From: Candidatus Latescibacterota bacterium
Lineage (GTDB): Bacteria > Latescibacterota > UBA2968 > UBA8231
Direction: 5' to 3'
Length of the DNA: 64,000 nt
NCBI GenBank assembly: GCA_965208105.1
Contig: OZ242318.1
Location: forward strand, 2,176,001-2,240,000
Below are positions 10,104 to 20,784 of the stretch, one piece after another. Each line of letters starts with the position of its first letter. Position 1 is the stretch's first letter. Below the pieces are notes generated by a model. The model saw only the letters and a program-made list of their open reading frames with translations. It searched no databases and was not told the origin of the DNA. The position numbers were made by a program, and so were the translations under genes.

Positions 10104-11345
10104 ATGACCACCTCAGACCACAGTTCGAGCAGCGGCCACCCCGATACGGAAAGTCCTCTGAGTGTCTCCGAGGTCACCTCCCGGATAAAAGAGGTCCTGG
10201 AGGATTCTCTGCCAATGTGCTGGGTGGCCGGCGAGATCTCCGACTTCAAGCATCACTCTTCCGGGCACCGCTACTTTACCCTCGTCGACGAGGCCAGCCA
10301 GCTCAGCTGCGTAATGTTCAAGTGGCAGGCGCGCAAGCTCTCCTTCTCACCCGAGCCGGGGATCAAGGTCATGGTCCACGGCCATATCTCCGTCTACGAG
10401 CGCGGCGGCAGGTACCAATTCTACGCCGCAAAGCTGCAGCCTGCAGGCATCGGCGCCCAGGCTCTGGCTTTCGAGCAGCTCAGGAAACGCCTCGAGCGGG
10501 AGGGCCTGTTCGCGCAGGAGCGCAAGCGCTCACTTCCACCCTTCCCCCAGGCCATCGGAATCATCACCTCGCCCACGGGCGCCGCCATCCGCGACATAAT
10601 CCAGATCCTGGGCCGCCGTGCTCCGGGCATACAACTCATCCTGCGGCCGACCCGGGTGCAGGGCCCTGACGCAGCGGCAGACATCGCCCGGGGAATAGCC
10701 GATCTCAACCTGCACGGCGGCGCCGATTTGTTGATCGTCGGACGGGGGGGCGGCGCCGCGGAAGATCTTTGGCCCTTCAACGAGGAGGCGGTTGCTCGCG
10801 CAATCTACCATTCAACCCTGCCGGTCGTCTCCGCGGTGGGCCACGAAATCGACTACAGCATCGCCGACTACGTCGCTGACCACCGCGCTCCCACCCCTTC
10901 GGCAGCGGCAGAGATCGTGGCGCAGGAACGCGGGGACCTGCTGCGGCGAGTGTTCGAACAGCGGCAACGGATGCGGCGCGCCATGCTCAACAGGCTGAAC
11001 ACCTGCAACCAGCATCTGCAGAACCTGAGGCCCGAGCGTCTCTTCAGACGCCTGGGTGATCGGCTCGACCAGAGGGGCCAGTACGTGGACGAACGCCGCA
11101 ACGCCCTGGCCAAGGCCTTCGATTGGCAGCTGCGCACCAGGGTGGAGTCCCTGCGCCGGGCTTCCCTGCGCCTGGAGGCCCTGAGTCCTTTGGGCGGACT
11201 TGCACGCGGCTTCTCCCTGTGCGAGCGCATGGAGGACGGCCGCCTGGTTCGCAGCAGCAAAAATCTGAACGCGGGAGACAAGTTGAGGTTGCGTTTCCAC
11301 CACGGAGGCGCCATCTGCAGCGCCGAGGAGATCATCGATGAGTGA
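10104..11345 (+). CDS. xseA: Exodeoxyribonuclease VII large subunit
   Basis: WVAGEISDF..HSSGHRYFTL, GRGGGAAEDLWPFNEE, VGHEID, PTPSAAAE. Confidence 0.97.
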   Translation: MTTSDHSSSSGHPDTESPLSVSEVTSRIKEVLEDSLPMCWVAGEISDFKHHSSGHRYFTLVDEASQLSCVMFKWQARKLSFSPEPGIKVMVHGHISVYERGGRYQFYAAKLQPAGIGAQALAFEQLRKRLEREGLFAQERKRSLPPFPQAIGIITSPTGAAIRDIIQILGRRAPGIQLILRPTRVQGPDAAADIARGIADLNLHGGADLLIVGRGGGAAEDLWPFNEEAVARAIYHSTLPVVSAVGHEIDYSIADYVADHRAPTPSAAAEIVAQERGDLLRRVFEQRQRMRRAMLNRLNTCNQHLQNLRPERLFRRLGDRLDQRGQYVDERRNALAKAFDWQLRTRVESLRRASLRLEALSPLGGLARGFSLCERMEDGRLVRSSKNLNAGDKLRLRFHHGGAICSAEEIIDE

Positions 11346-11583
11346 ACCAGCTTCCTTCGAAGAAGCCCTCGAACTACTCGAGGACAGCGTCGAGCGCCTG
11401 GAAAGCGGCGACCTCAAGCTCGAGGAGGCGCTGGAGGTATTCGAGCAGGGCATCGCCGCCGCGCGCGCCGGCGCCAAGTGGCTGGACAAGACCCGCAAAC
11501 GCGTCCAGGTTCTCGCCACCGACGAGTTTGGCGACTTCCAGCTTTCCTTCCTCGACGAAGAAGGCGGCGAAGGCGAGGACTGA
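11338..11583 (+). CDS. xseB: Exodeoxyribonuclease VII small subunit
   Basis: SFEEALELLEDSVERLESGDLKLEEAL. Confidence 0.95.
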   Translation: MSEPASFEEALELLEDSVERLESGDLKLEEALEVFEQGIAAARAGAKWLDKTRKRVQVLATDEFGDFQLSFLDEEGGEGED

Positions 11584-11702
11584 CCCACCGGTCCCCCAAT
11601 TTTCCAAACCATGCCCGTCCGGACTTGCACCCTGCCCCGGTGAGACCGGCACTCATCCGAAGACCCCTGGGCCTCAGGTCGCAGGACAGAGGAGTTTAAT
11701 CG

Positions 11703-12275
11703 GTGCTGGCCAACCTCTTTTCCATATTGCGCATAGTCCTGGTTCCCTTCCTTCTTTACAGCCTGAGGCATGACGGGGCGACAGTCTCCGCGGCCACCGT
11801 CACCCTGATCCTCCTGGCCGCATTCACCGACTTTGCGGACGGCTACGTTGCGCGGCGCTTGCACCAGGTTTCCCAACTTGGCCGGATCCTCGACCCGGTG
11901 GCCGACAAGATATTCCTCGCCGCTGTGGTGGCCGCCCTGGTCGCCTGGCGCGACTTCCCCCCCTGGCTCCTTGCCATGTTGGTGATCAGGGATGCGGGAA
12001 TCCTCCTGGCCGGGCTCTTCATTCTGCGCTCGCGCAAGCAGGTCATCCCGGCCAACAGATCCGGCAAGTACACCACTGCCTGCATGTTCGCTGCCATCCT
12101 GGGTCATATTGTGGGAGTACCTGCAGCTGCCAGGGAGGTTCTGAACGGCGCAGCGGCCTTGCTTCTCCTTGGCTCGAGCCTGAGCTACGTCTCTACTCTG
12201 CGCCGGATCCTCGCAACCGCCCCGGTGGAAAGGCCGGCGGAGGAAGAGAGTGCGGGCAAACGAAAAGCCGGGTGA
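11703..12275 (+). CDS. pgsA: CDP-alcohol phosphatidyltransferase (PgsA-like)
   Basis: TDFADGYVARR...GRILDPVADK. Confidence 0.85.
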   Translation: MLANLFSILRIVLVPFLLYSLRHDGATVSAATVTLILLAAFTDFADGYVARRLHQVSQLGRILDPVADKIFLAAVVAALVAWRDFPPWLLAMLVIRDAGILLAGLFILRSRKQVIPANRSGKYTTACMFAAILGHIVGVPAAAREVLNGAAALLLLGSSLSYVSTLRRILATAPVERPAEEESAGKRKAG

Positions 12276-12301
12276 TACCGGTCGGGCATCACTCCATCCT
12301 A

Positions 12302-13027
12302 CTACCGGCGCCTCAGCTCCTGAAGCCGGACAGAGAAATCGTGACCGTACCGTGAGTTCGTCCCGAAGCGGTCGAGGTAGTCCCTCAACACCCCCCCTTC
12401 CCCTTCTTCGTCCTCGAGGTTCCTGTAGGTCATGGCCAGGTTGACATAGGCCTCGGGAAAATCGGCCTCGATCGCAATCGCCTGCTGGTAGAGCCCAAGG
12501 GCCTTTTCCAGCTCATTTCGCTCCTTGTAGACCTGACCCAGGTTGTTGTATGCCTCGACAAACTCCGGGTCGAGGTCGATGGCCTTCCTGTAGGCCGCCT
12601 CCGCTTCATCCAGCTCACCAGTCTTCTTGTAGATGAACCCCAGATTGTTGTGCGCCCTGGCGTCGTCTCCGCGGTAGCGCACGACCTGCTTGTAGCCATC
12701 AATGGCCCCGGCCGTATTCCCCTCGGCGTAGTGAATCTGCGCCAGATGGAAATGAGCTTCGGGAAAGGCATGGCGCAGGGCAATACTGCGCTCGTAGGCG
12801 CTTCGGGCCGAATCGAGCAGGCCGTACTCGTGATAGATCCGGGCAAGCTGGAAGTTGGCGACAGGATCGGGTCGGACCTCTATCTGGCGGTAGTATTCCC
12901 TGGTTTCCTCCTCCATCCGGGCATGCACCTGGTCCACGGGTTTCTCCTCCTCGCCGCAGCCAAGGGCGAGGCCGGCGACCAACCCGCCGCAGGCAATGAA
13001 TCTGGATGGAAGCATGGAGTCTCTCAA
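12302..13027 (-). CDS. TPR-repeat lipoprotein
   Basis: Lipobox-like LALGC; repeated AHNNLG/AYNNLG TPR units. Confidence 0.85.
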   Translation of the reverse strand: MRDSMLPSRFIACGGLVAGLALGCGEEEKPVDQVHARMEEETREYYRQIEVRPDPVANFQLARIYHEYGLLDSARSAYERSIALRHAFPEAHFHLAQIHYAEGNTAGAIDGYKQVVRYRGDDARAHNNLGFIYKKTGELDEAEAAYRKAIDLDPEFVEAYNNLGQVYKERNELEKALGLYQQAIAIEADFPEAYVNLAMTYRNLEDEEGEGGVLRDYLDRFGTNSRYGHDFSVRLQELRRR

Positions 13028-13157
13028 TCCGACCGGTTAAACCAGAGGCAGCATGCCGGCGCCGGGGGCGGCAACCAGCTTCGGACATGGACGAGGATGA
13101 CCTCCGGGACCTTCAGGAGCAAGGAGAATGGGTGCGAGCTCATCCTCTCCCATTTCC

Positions 13158-16100
13158 TCAGATGCTGAAGCCGAAGTAGTAGCGCCATTTGTCTATGAGG
13201 GGCTCGTCCGGATCGCGCGGAACCCGATCGCGATTTAGAGGATGGGCAACCTGGATGAACGCGTGCATGGGAACCCGGTAGAAGGTGAAGAGCTGCACCC
13301 GCAACTCCGCACCCACGTCGGAGAGGAAATCCTCGGTCCCCAGAGCGCCGATATCGAAACCGCCTGAATTGCCCACCGCGCCGGCCTCGGCGAAGATCTC
13401 CCCGTAGAGCTTGGAGAAGGAGAAATTGAAGAAGCGGGTATTGAGGCGCTGGATCAACGGAAACTTGTAGCCGATGCGAGTGTAGAGCAACTTTGATCCC
13501 CAGGCGGTAAAGTAGGGATAGCCGCTGAGGAAGTCTCTGCCGCCCAGGTAGTAGCGCAATGGCCAGTAGAAGCGGCCTTCGAAAAAGCCCCCATCCGGGT
13601 CGAACCGGGGCTTGAGCTCTATGTTGCGATAGGCTCCCAGGACTTCCAGGGAAAGGGTGTTGTCGAATGGAAGGCCGATATGCTCGCCATAGTAGCCGAC
13701 GTACTCATTGACCCTCAGGCGCCGCTTTGCCGGTGCGTACATGTCGCGGGGAACCCCGTCGGTGGAAGTGCGTTGTGCCAGGGAATCCGCGAGTGTCGGC
13801 ATGCGGTAGCGGTAGAGCAGGGAGAGCACGCGCCCGTTGGGATTGATGCTCCGGTCCGCCGTTGGCTGCCACTTGCTGTACTGCCAGCCGAAACTCAACT
13901 CGTGGGTGTCGTAGTAATCCAGGTCATCGTAGTAGATCTGGGGGTCCGAGGCGCTCACCAGCATGGTGTCGGCCGGGACCACGCAGAATCCCGACGGGCA
14001 GCGTGCGACCAGAACGTTCTCGGCCGTCTGATACAAAGTATCGACACTGACCGCTTCGGCCGGCAGGTTGGCGCTGATGTCGCGCCCGTTCTGGACGACG
14101 AATACCTTCTGCCGCAGGCGATACTCCCTGAGCTTCCAGTTCTCGTCATAGTTGCGGTACATGTACTGGAAGGAAAAATTCTGTCGCCGCGTGAGGGGCA
14201 TGTCGATCCCCGCCGCCGCTATCTTGTAGACGTCCTTGAAAAGGTCGGCGCGGCTGTCGACCCGCACCACGTGCTGTTGCACCTCCCCGGGGATCAGCAA
14301 GGCGTTCTCCCTGTCGACCATTACGGGATATATTTCGTCCCCCTCCAGGGTATCAGCCGTGGTCGTCTGCCCTTTGAGAAGATTGTCGATTTCCAGGCGC
14401 CTGAAGTACCCGTAAAAGGAGGGATTGAAGGTGCGGTTGTTGCCCACCATGGGCCGCAGCCGGCGCTCGGCGAAGAGAACGAAATCGGTGTTGAAGTCGG
14501 TGTCTTCGCGCAGGTTCTTTCCCGCGGTGCCCCGCAGCACGAGCCGCTGGCCTCCAAGCATCTCCTCGGTGGAAAGCCACAATCCGCCGTTGACCTGGTT
14601 GAGGCCGAAGCTGTCGCCTATGAGGGTGGGTCCGACGCTGAGGAGGGGGATGGCGAGCAGACTCTTGCGGCCCCTGTAGGCCTGGATGTCGAACTCCTCG
14701 GAGAGCTTGGCTCCCCGGAACACGGACTGGTAGTCCCGCAATGCCACCTGTTCGATCTGGGCATCCCGGCGAAAAACCCCGCGCTCGAACTCGTAGAGGC
14801 TGTGGTCCGAAGTGTGATATCCGACGTAGGCCACTCTTCCCGAGGGAGACACCGTCGGAGAAAAGGCCCCACCCAGGACGTTTGTGAGCTGCTCCACTTC
14901 GCCGTTTTCCAGGAGATACTGGTAGAGGTTGAAGATACCGCTCCGGTCGGACGCAAAGACGAACCCGCTGCCGTCGGGCAGCCAGCAGGGGTCGCGCTCG
15001 TCGGCGCGCGATGCCACCAGCGGTCTGAACCCTGAGGTATCGGGGTGGGGAAAGGCGAGGCTGTCGGGAAAAACCACCAGGGTGTCCGCCTCTGCCGACA
15101 GAGTGCCGTCCGCAGAAGGCTTCCTGCGGACCCACTTGCGGTCCTTCTCCTTCTTGGAGCGATCGCGGAGGCCATAGTGCTTGAGCCGCGGCGGACTGTC
15201 GGACCGCATCAGGGCGATGTCGCGGTCTTCGCCGCGAAAGATGCTGAAGAGAATCCAATCCCCGTCCGGCGAAAACCGCGGGGCACTGTACAAGGTGGCG
15301 TCGTTGTTGTTGGTCAGGTGGGTCAGACCGGTGCCGTCGCGATTGATCATGGCCAGGTTGTTGGTGCCGTCCTTGATCCGCACGAATACGATGCGCTCGC
15401 CGTCCGGTGAAAAATGGGGATCCTTGGCGCGCAGATTGGCGCTGATCCGGCGCTCCTTCTCGGTATCGAGATGGTAGACGTACAGGTCGTTGAACCCGTT
15501 CTTGTTGCGCACGAAGAGGATCTCTTCGCCGTCCGGCGACCAGGCCACCCTCGTGCTCACATATCCATCCAGTTCCTTCTTCTCACCGGTCTCGAAATCG
15601 TAGATCTTGAGCCGGGGTATGGCGAAATCCCTGTTTTCGCTGGTGATATAGGCCAGCTTGCTGCCGTCGGGTGAGTAGGAGGGGTAGAACTCCAGGACGC
15701 CCTCGTTGAGCTCTTCGAGGGAATCGCCTTCGAACAAGGACTGGCTTCGGACCTCCGCCGCCTGCTGTCCGTAGCGCTCCTCCAGAAAGCGCACCCAGTC
15801 GTCGTGGAGCTGGTCAGCCGAAATCCCCAGCACCTTGCGAATGGCCGGGTCAAAGCTCAGGTTGCCGCTGTTGTGCGTCAGCTCCTCCACCTTTTCGGAT
15901 CCATATTGCTCATGGATGTAGAGCAGCAGCGCATATCCCTGGTTGTAGATCATTTCGGCGTAATAGCCTCCGGGCCGATTGCCGAAGGCGCCCAGTTCGG
16001 CGTAGGAGTGCAGATCGTCCTCGAGCACGGCCATGCGCAGCAGCATGTCCCGGTGGGTGTCCCAATCGTCAAAGCCGAATTGATGGGTGGCGTACTGGGC

Positions 16101-16613
16101 CACCCCTTCGACCCACCAGGTGGGAGTATTGAGGTGATAGAGCGGAAAATTGAAACTGACGTCCGGGTTGGAGTCGTAGCGCGACACCGAGAACATGGCG
16201 AACATGAAGGGCCACTTCTTGCGCGCCTTGTTGAGGGTCATGATGTGCGTCAACTCATGGGTCAATACGTTTTTGATCCAGTCGTGACTGCCGCGCAGAT
16301 CAATGTCGAGGGGGGTTGCCCAGATTATGATGAGGTTGCTGTAGTAATCGGCCAGTCCGTTGCCCAGCAGGTCGGAACTGTCGAGCACCAGGACGTGGAT
16401 GAGGGAGAAATCGTCGTAGTACTCGTAGGACGCAGCCAGGGAGGGGAACACTTCTTCGGCCACGTCTGCCACCCTGCGGGCAGTGCCCTCGGCGCCGCCG
16501 GTGTAGTGGATGCGAAAGTGGTCGGTGACGATGGTTTGCACCTGGGCTTGGGCCAGGCCCCAGGAAAAAGCGACAATCAGTATCGCACTCGGAACAATCG
16601 ATTTGAATCGCAA
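13158..16613 (-). CDS. Large secreted protein: zincin (peptidase MA-like) domain, TolB/PD40 propeller and C-terminal outer-membrane beta-barrel
   Basis: Signal peptide after TTG start with RBS; HELTH...WVEGVAQY; multiple (W/F)SPDG repeats; C-terminal YFGFSI. Confidence 0.8.
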   Translation of the reverse strand: MRFKSIVPSAILIVAFSWGLAQAQVQTIVTDHFRIHYTGGAEGTARRVADVAEEVFPSLAASYEYYDDFSLIHVLVLDSSDLLGNGLADYYSNLIIIWATPLDIDLRGSHDWIKNVLTHELTHIMTLNKARKKWPFMFAMFSVSRYDSNPDVSFNFPLYHLNTPTWWVEGVAQYATHQFGFDDWDTHRDMLLRMAVLEDDLHSYAELGAFGNRPGGYYAEMIYNQGYALLLYIHEQYGSEKVEELTHNSGNLSFDPAIRKVLGISADQLHDDWVRFLEERYGQQAAEVRSQSLFEGDSLEELNEGVLEFYPSYSPDGSKLAYITSENRDFAIPRLKIYDFETGEKKELDGYVSTRVAWSPDGEEILFVRNKNGFNDLYVYHLDTEKERRISANLRAKDPHFSPDGERIVFVRIKDGTNNLAMINRDGTGLTHLTNNNDATLYSAPRFSPDGDWILFSIFRGEDRDIALMRSDSPPRLKHYGLRDRSKKEKDRKWVRRKPSADGTLSAEADTLVVFPDSLAFPHPDTSGFRPLVASRADERDPCWLPDGSGFVFASDRSGIFNLYQYLLENGEVEQLTNVLGGAFSPTVSPSGRVAYVGYHTSDHSLYEFERGVFRRDAQIEQVALRDYQSVFRGAKLSEEFDIQAYRGRKSLLAIPLLSVGPTLIGDSFGLNQVNGGLWLSTEEMLGGQRLVLRGTAGKNLREDTDFNTDFVLFAERRLRPMVGNNRTFNPSFYGYFRRLEIDNLLKGQTTTADTLEGDEIYPVMVDRENALLIPGEVQQHVVRVDSRADLFKDVYKIAAAGIDMPLTRRQNFSFQYMYRNYDENWKLREYRLRQKVFVVQNGRDISANLPAEAVSVDTLYQTAENVLVARCPSGFCVVPADTMLVSASDPQIYYDDLDYYDTHELSFGWQYSKWQPTADRSINPNGRVLSLLYRYRMPTLADSLAQRTSTDGVPRDMYAPAKRRLRVNEYVGYYGEHIGLPFDNTLSLEVLGAYRNIELKPRFDPDGGFFEGRFYWPLRYYLGGRDFLSGYPYFTAWGSKLLYTRIGYKFPLIQRLNTRFFNFSFSKLYGEIFAEAGAVGNSGGFDIGALGTEDFLSDVGAELRVQLFTFYRVPMHAFIQVAHPLNRDRVPRDPDEPLIDKWRYYFGFSI

Positions 16614-16900
16614 CGTAGATTTTCCTTTCCGATAACAGGGAAGAAGACACCGGGCAGTGCCTCCCGGCCACAGAATTCGTGTCGATCTCCCTTTTTTCAG
16701 ATCGACGAGATGGGAATATATCAAAAGAAATGGTTCTGCCCTGGCAGACCTCCTTCGATCAGGGCTGACCTTCGTTCTTCTGGTTTGTGCCCACCCCGGT
16801 TCGTATATTCAATAAATCAAATTGCGTCTATAAATCAAATGGGGTTCCCCCGGGAATCCGGTTCAGAAGGTTGGACGGCCCTCAACAGCTCTGCCCAGAC

Positions 16901-17974
16901 ATGGACCCAATCTTCGCACTTCCCCTCCTGGCCATCGTCGCACTGCTCATCACCGCACTCACCATTCCCCCCATTAAACGCCTTGCCTGGCATTTCGATC
17001 TGGTGGACCATCCCCAGGGGGGCCCTCACAAGTCCCACCCTCGCCCCATAGCCTACGGAGGCCTGGCCATTCTCCTTGGATTGTGCCCGGCCCTCGTCCT
17101 GGCCCCGATTACCGGCCCTTTTTGGATTCTGCTGGCCTGCGCCGCCGCTCTCTTCTGCGTGGGTCTGGTCGACGATTGGCGCGGCCTGGCGCCGCTGACG
17201 CGCTTCCTCCTTCAGATCGCGGTCAGCGCCTTCCTGGTGCTGACCGCGCCCGAATTTCGCCTCGCGTTCCTCGCCGGCCATCCCTCCCTGGCGGCGGCCC
17301 TCACCATTTTATGGATCGTGGCCTTGACCAATGCCTTCAACTTCCTCGACAATATGGACGGGCTTGCCGCCGGGCTCGCCGCCATCGTCCTCCTCCTCCT
17401 GGCACTGATGGGTCTGACTGCGGGCTCGATTCCCGCCGCTGCCCTGGCCCTGGCTCTGGCCGGAGCCTGCGCCGGATTCCTGGTCCACAATTTCTTCCCC
17501 GCCAGAATCTTCATGGGTGACGGGGGCGCCTTCTTCCTGGGGTTCGCCACCGGCGCGCTCAGCGCCTTCCTGAGCAGCCAATGCCATTCGGCCGCTTCTC
17601 CAGCGGAGCTCCCACTGCGTTGGGCACCCCTGCTGCTGCTGGCCGTGCCGCTCTACGACTTCCTGTCGGTAATCGCCATCCGCCTCAGAAACGCCAACCC
17701 CCCCTGGGTGGGAGACACCAATCACATCAGCCACCGCCTGGTCCGCCTGGGCTGGTCGCCCCGCCAGGCCGTGCTGACCCTCTATCTCCTGACCCTGCTG
17801 ACCGGCCTTCCCGGCCTCTTCGTGCCGGGCAGCAGCCCGCGGACGGCCTGGATCCTGCTCCTGCTCGTGCCTGCCTTCGTCTTCATCCTGGCCGCTATCG
17901 ACTTTACCGCCGCCCGCCGTCCAGGTCCTTCCTGCCCCGCGGATCAGCGGAAGGCCGAGATCGAGTCCGCATGA
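16901..17974 (+). CDS. MraY/WecA-family polyprenyl-phosphate GlcNAc-1-P transferase
   Basis: GLVDD, NAFNFLDNMDGL, HNFFPARIFMGDGG, HISHRL. Confidence 0.9.
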   Translation: MDPIFALPLLAIVALLITALTIPPIKRLAWHFDLVDHPQGGPHKSHPRPIAYGGLAILLGLCPALVLAPITGPFWILLACAAALFCVGLVDDWRGLAPLTRFLLQIAVSAFLVLTAPEFRLAFLAGHPSLAAALTILWIVALTNAFNFLDNMDGLAAGLAAIVLLLLALMGLTAGSIPAAALALALAGACAGFLVHNFFPARIFMGDGGAFFLGFATGALSAFLSSQCHSAASPAELPLRWAPLLLLAVPLYDFLSVIAIRLRNANPPWVGDTNHISHRLVRLGWSPRQAVLTLYLLTLLTGLPGLFVPGSSPRTAWILLLLVPAFVFILAAIDFTAARRPGPSCPADQRKAEIESA

Positions 17975-18624
17975 CGGATGTAACTCGGCTGGGCGGAGGT
18001 TACGCCGAATCCCGACCCGACCCCCTGCCCACAGTCGAGGCCGTGCTGCGGGCTGCCCGGCCTGGCTCTCCGGCGGCCCGGCTCGCAGTCCTCTGCGGTC
18101 CACCGGGGGTGGGCAAGAGCGCAGCGGCCGCCCGCCTGAGCGCGCTGGTTCCCAACTCCATGTTGATTGAAAAGGACGCCACCGCCGCCGGCTTCATCCT
18201 CGCGGCCGCCGGCTCCGAGGGGGTCTCCACCAGCCAGGCCTACGGCACCGCCCGCTACTGGTCGACCCTGCGGCCGCTGGAATATGCCGGGCCCACCGCC
18301 CTGGCCTGCGCCAACCTGGAGGGCACGCGCCTGGTCCTCCTGGTGGGAGGATGGGGACCCGAGCTCGCCGTTCCCCGCCTGTGGACGGGCCTGCTGAGCC
18401 AAATCGCCCCCTCCCTCCTGAGCGTCATCCACCTCGATCCTCCCCCGTTGGACGCATGGCGATCGCGAATGGTTGCCCGCGGCTCGCGCGGCGACTCTCC
18501 GTGGTTCGAGGATTTCGCCGCAGCGGTAACCTCCCACCCCGTCTGGGAGGGGGCATTCCGAATCGGCACGGACCGCCCCCTCGAAGCCGTGGTCCAGCAC
18601 ATTCTCCTCGCTCTGGATCGCTGA
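17971..18624 (+). CDS. P-loop kinase-like protein (AAA_33-like)
   Basis: Walker A GPPGVGKS followed by IEKD; ATGA overlap with upstream gene. Confidence 0.7.
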   Translation: MTDVTRLGGGYAESRPDPLPTVEAVLRAARPGSPAARLAVLCGPPGVGKSAAAARLSALVPNSMLIEKDATAAGFILAAAGSEGVSTSQAYGTARYWSTLRPLEYAGPTALACANLEGTRLVLLVGGWGPELAVPRLWTGLLSQIAPSLLSVIHLDPPPLDAWRSRMVARGSRGDSPWFEDFAAAVTSHPVWEGAFRIGTDRPLEAVVQHILLALDR

Positions 18625-18787
18625 TATCCGAAAATCCTCCCCTTCGAGGGGCCGTTTCCAACCCGTTTCCTGCCACCTTTCCCAGCGGGAACAGAGGCAA
18701 TCTTTCCTTGACAAAATACCCCTTAAATCAGTTCTTTTAAGTTTGCCCTTTTTGTCGCTTTTACGTCTTTTCGGACTTTTGGCCTGT

Positions 18788-20047
18788 ATGTACATAGTCC
18801 ACAGCATCTCGGGTTATTTCGCCCTCCTCGCCATTACCTGGCTGGTAGGAAAGCGCTCGCGCCGGATCCCGTGGAAGCTCGTTGCCAGCGCCACCCTCCT
18901 GCAGGTCGCCCTCGCCGGGGCCCTCCTGCAACCCGGCATACGGACTCCGATCTTCGGCCTGGTCAAAACCTTGACCGACCTGCTGAAAACCACCGCCCTC
19001 CAGGCCAACGAATCCCTGCTCTTCGGCGGCATCACCAGTGCCGGCTTCACCCGGGCCTACGGTCCCGTCATTGCCCTCGAGATAGCCGCCATCCTGATCT
19101 TCGTGGCCTCCCTGTCGCGCATTCTCTACCACTATCGCGTCCTCCCCTGGGTCATCTCCCAGCTCAGCCGGTTCATGCAGCGCGTTCTGGGCATCTCCTC
19201 GGCCGAGAGTATAGGCGTGGCCGCCAATATCTTCCTGGGCATGACCGAGGCCCCCCTGCTCATCCGTCCCTACGTCGCCCGCCTGACCGAGAGCGAGCTT
19301 TTCTGCCTGATGGTGGCCGGCATGGCGACCATTGCTGGCACCGTCATGGTCATCTACGCCACGCTGCTGGGCACGGCCCATCCCGATATCGCCGGCCACC
19401 TTTTCACCGCCTCGCTGATCAGCGCTCCGGCTGCCATTGCCGTGGCCAAGCTCATGATTCCCGAGACGGAGAAAGCTGAAACGGCGCAGGCACAGGCGGA
19501 GTTGCCGCGGCGGGACACCATCAACGGACTCGACGCTGCTGCGCGGGGGGCCTCCGAGGGCATGCGTCTGGTGCTCAACATCGTCGCCATGCTCATCGCC
19601 TTCATCGGGCTCATCGCCCTGGTCAACCACGTGGTCGGCTGGGCGGATGGCTGGATCAACGGCGCCGCGGCCGGGTCCTGGAGCCTGCAGGCCTCCGCCG
19701 GGCACCTCTTCAGGCCCTTCGTCTGGCTCATGGGGATCCCCTGGCAGCAGACGCTCCTGGTGGGCGAGTTGATGGGGTTGAAGACCATTCTCAACGAATT
19801 TGTCGCCTACGTCGAACTCGCGCGCCACATGGAAGGACCGCAGGCGCTCGGCGAGCGCTCTTTCATCATCACCTCCTACGCCCTGTGCGGCTTCGCCAAT
19901 TTCGGCTCAGTCGCCATAATGATCGGGGGCATAGGCGGAATTGCGCCGGACCGCCGCGGCGACCTGGCTCGGCTGGGACTGCGATCTCTGATCGCCGGCG
20001 TACTGGCCACCATGCTGACGGGCTGCGTCATTGGAATTTATGTATAG
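18788..20047 (+). CDS. nupC: Concentrative nucleoside transporter, NupC/CNT family
   Basis: ANIFLGMTEAPL, GMATIAG, NEFVAY, YALCGFANFGS. Confidence 0.93.
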   Translation: MYIVHSISGYFALLAITWLVGKRSRRIPWKLVASATLLQVALAGALLQPGIRTPIFGLVKTLTDLLKTTALQANESLLFGGITSAGFTRAYGPVIALEIAAILIFVASLSRILYHYRVLPWVISQLSRFMQRVLGISSAESIGVAANIFLGMTEAPLLIRPYVARLTESELFCLMVAGMATIAGTVMVIYATLLGTAHPDIAGHLFTASLISAPAAIAVAKLMIPETEKAETAQAQAELPRRDTINGLDAAARGASEGMRLVLNIVAMLIAFIGLIALVNHVVGWADGWINGAAAGSWSLQASAGHLFRPFVWLMGIPWQQTLLVGELMGLKTILNEFVAYVELARHMEGPQALGERSFIITSYALCGFANFGSVAIMIGGIGGIAPDRRGDLARLGLRSLIAGVLATMLTGCVIGIYV

Positions 20048-20143
20048 ATCGAAGAAGAGTAGACGGGAACGTTCTGGTCCCCCGAGCGTCTAAAACTGAT
20101 GGATTAATCCACTTGAATCTCTGACAGAACTGCGAAAGCCAGA

Positions 20144-20395
20144 ATGGCAAAAAAACGCAAAGTCTCCTATCGCTCTCAATTTGACGGACATCGCCGCCTC
20201 GCCGCGGCCGTGATCCTCCAGGCCATAAAGGACTCTTCCAGGGCCGATACCGACCAGGACCGCCAGACCGCGGTGGAATTTCTCGAGGGCGACATGTGGC
20301 CCTTCTCGGATATGCTCGACCTGCCCAACGACGGCAATGCCCTGCAGAATTATATCGACAGGCTGCGCAATATGTCCCCGCAAATGAGCCGATGA
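20144..20395 (+). CDS. Small hypothetical protein, phage-like
   Basis: 83 aa; LAAAVILQAIKD...AVEFL pattern resembles small phage proteins. Confidence 0.55.
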   Translation: MAKKRKVSYRSQFDGHRRLAAAVILQAIKDSSRADTDQDRQTAVEFLEGDMWPFSDMLDLPNDGNALQNYIDRLRNMSPQMSR

Positions 20396-20412
20396 GCTGA
20401 TTGGCCGCGCGG

Positions 20413-20784
20413 CTACTTCCCGGTGAGGAAGTGGACCGCGAAGCCAACCATGCTGCCGACGGCGGCGCCGGCGGTCAGCACCAGACCGATCACCTTCCAC
20501 ATGGTTTCCACTTCCATCTTGTTGCCGAGCCCGGCTTCGAGGGCCTTGAGGTCCTCTGCCTGCCGGTGCAGGTCCTCCTGGACGCTGTGAACCAGCAGGT
20601 CCACTGTCTCCTTGTCCGATTTCTTCTCGATCTCGTGTTCGATCTTGTCGAGGAGAGCCTGAATCTCTCGGCGGTGATCCTCGAGGAGGCCGCGAAACTC
20701 GCCGCGCCAGGCTTCGAAGGTCCGCACCAGCAGGCGCTCGCTCTGGTCCCAGTCAAAGTGCTGTCCGGGATGCAGCTCATCCAT
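20413..20784 (-). CDS. Hypothetical coiled-coil protein with C-terminal TM helix
   Basis: RBS AAGGAGG before ATG at 20784; WKVIGLVLTAGAAVGSMVGFAVHFL. Confidence 0.7.
   Translation of the reverse strand: MDELHPGQHFDWDQSERLLVRTFEAWRGEFRGLLEDHRREIQALLDKIEHEIEKKSDKETVDLLVHSVQEDLHRQAEDLKALEAGLGNKMEVETMWKVIGLVLTAGAAVGSMVGFAVHFLTGK

Noticed and set aside
20071-20090. att duplicate of the tRNA-Lys 3' end (TTCTGGTCCCCCGAG vs TTCTGGTGCGCCCAC)
   Set aside because: Only about 7 bp match; too weak to call, although it lies near the likely left boundary.
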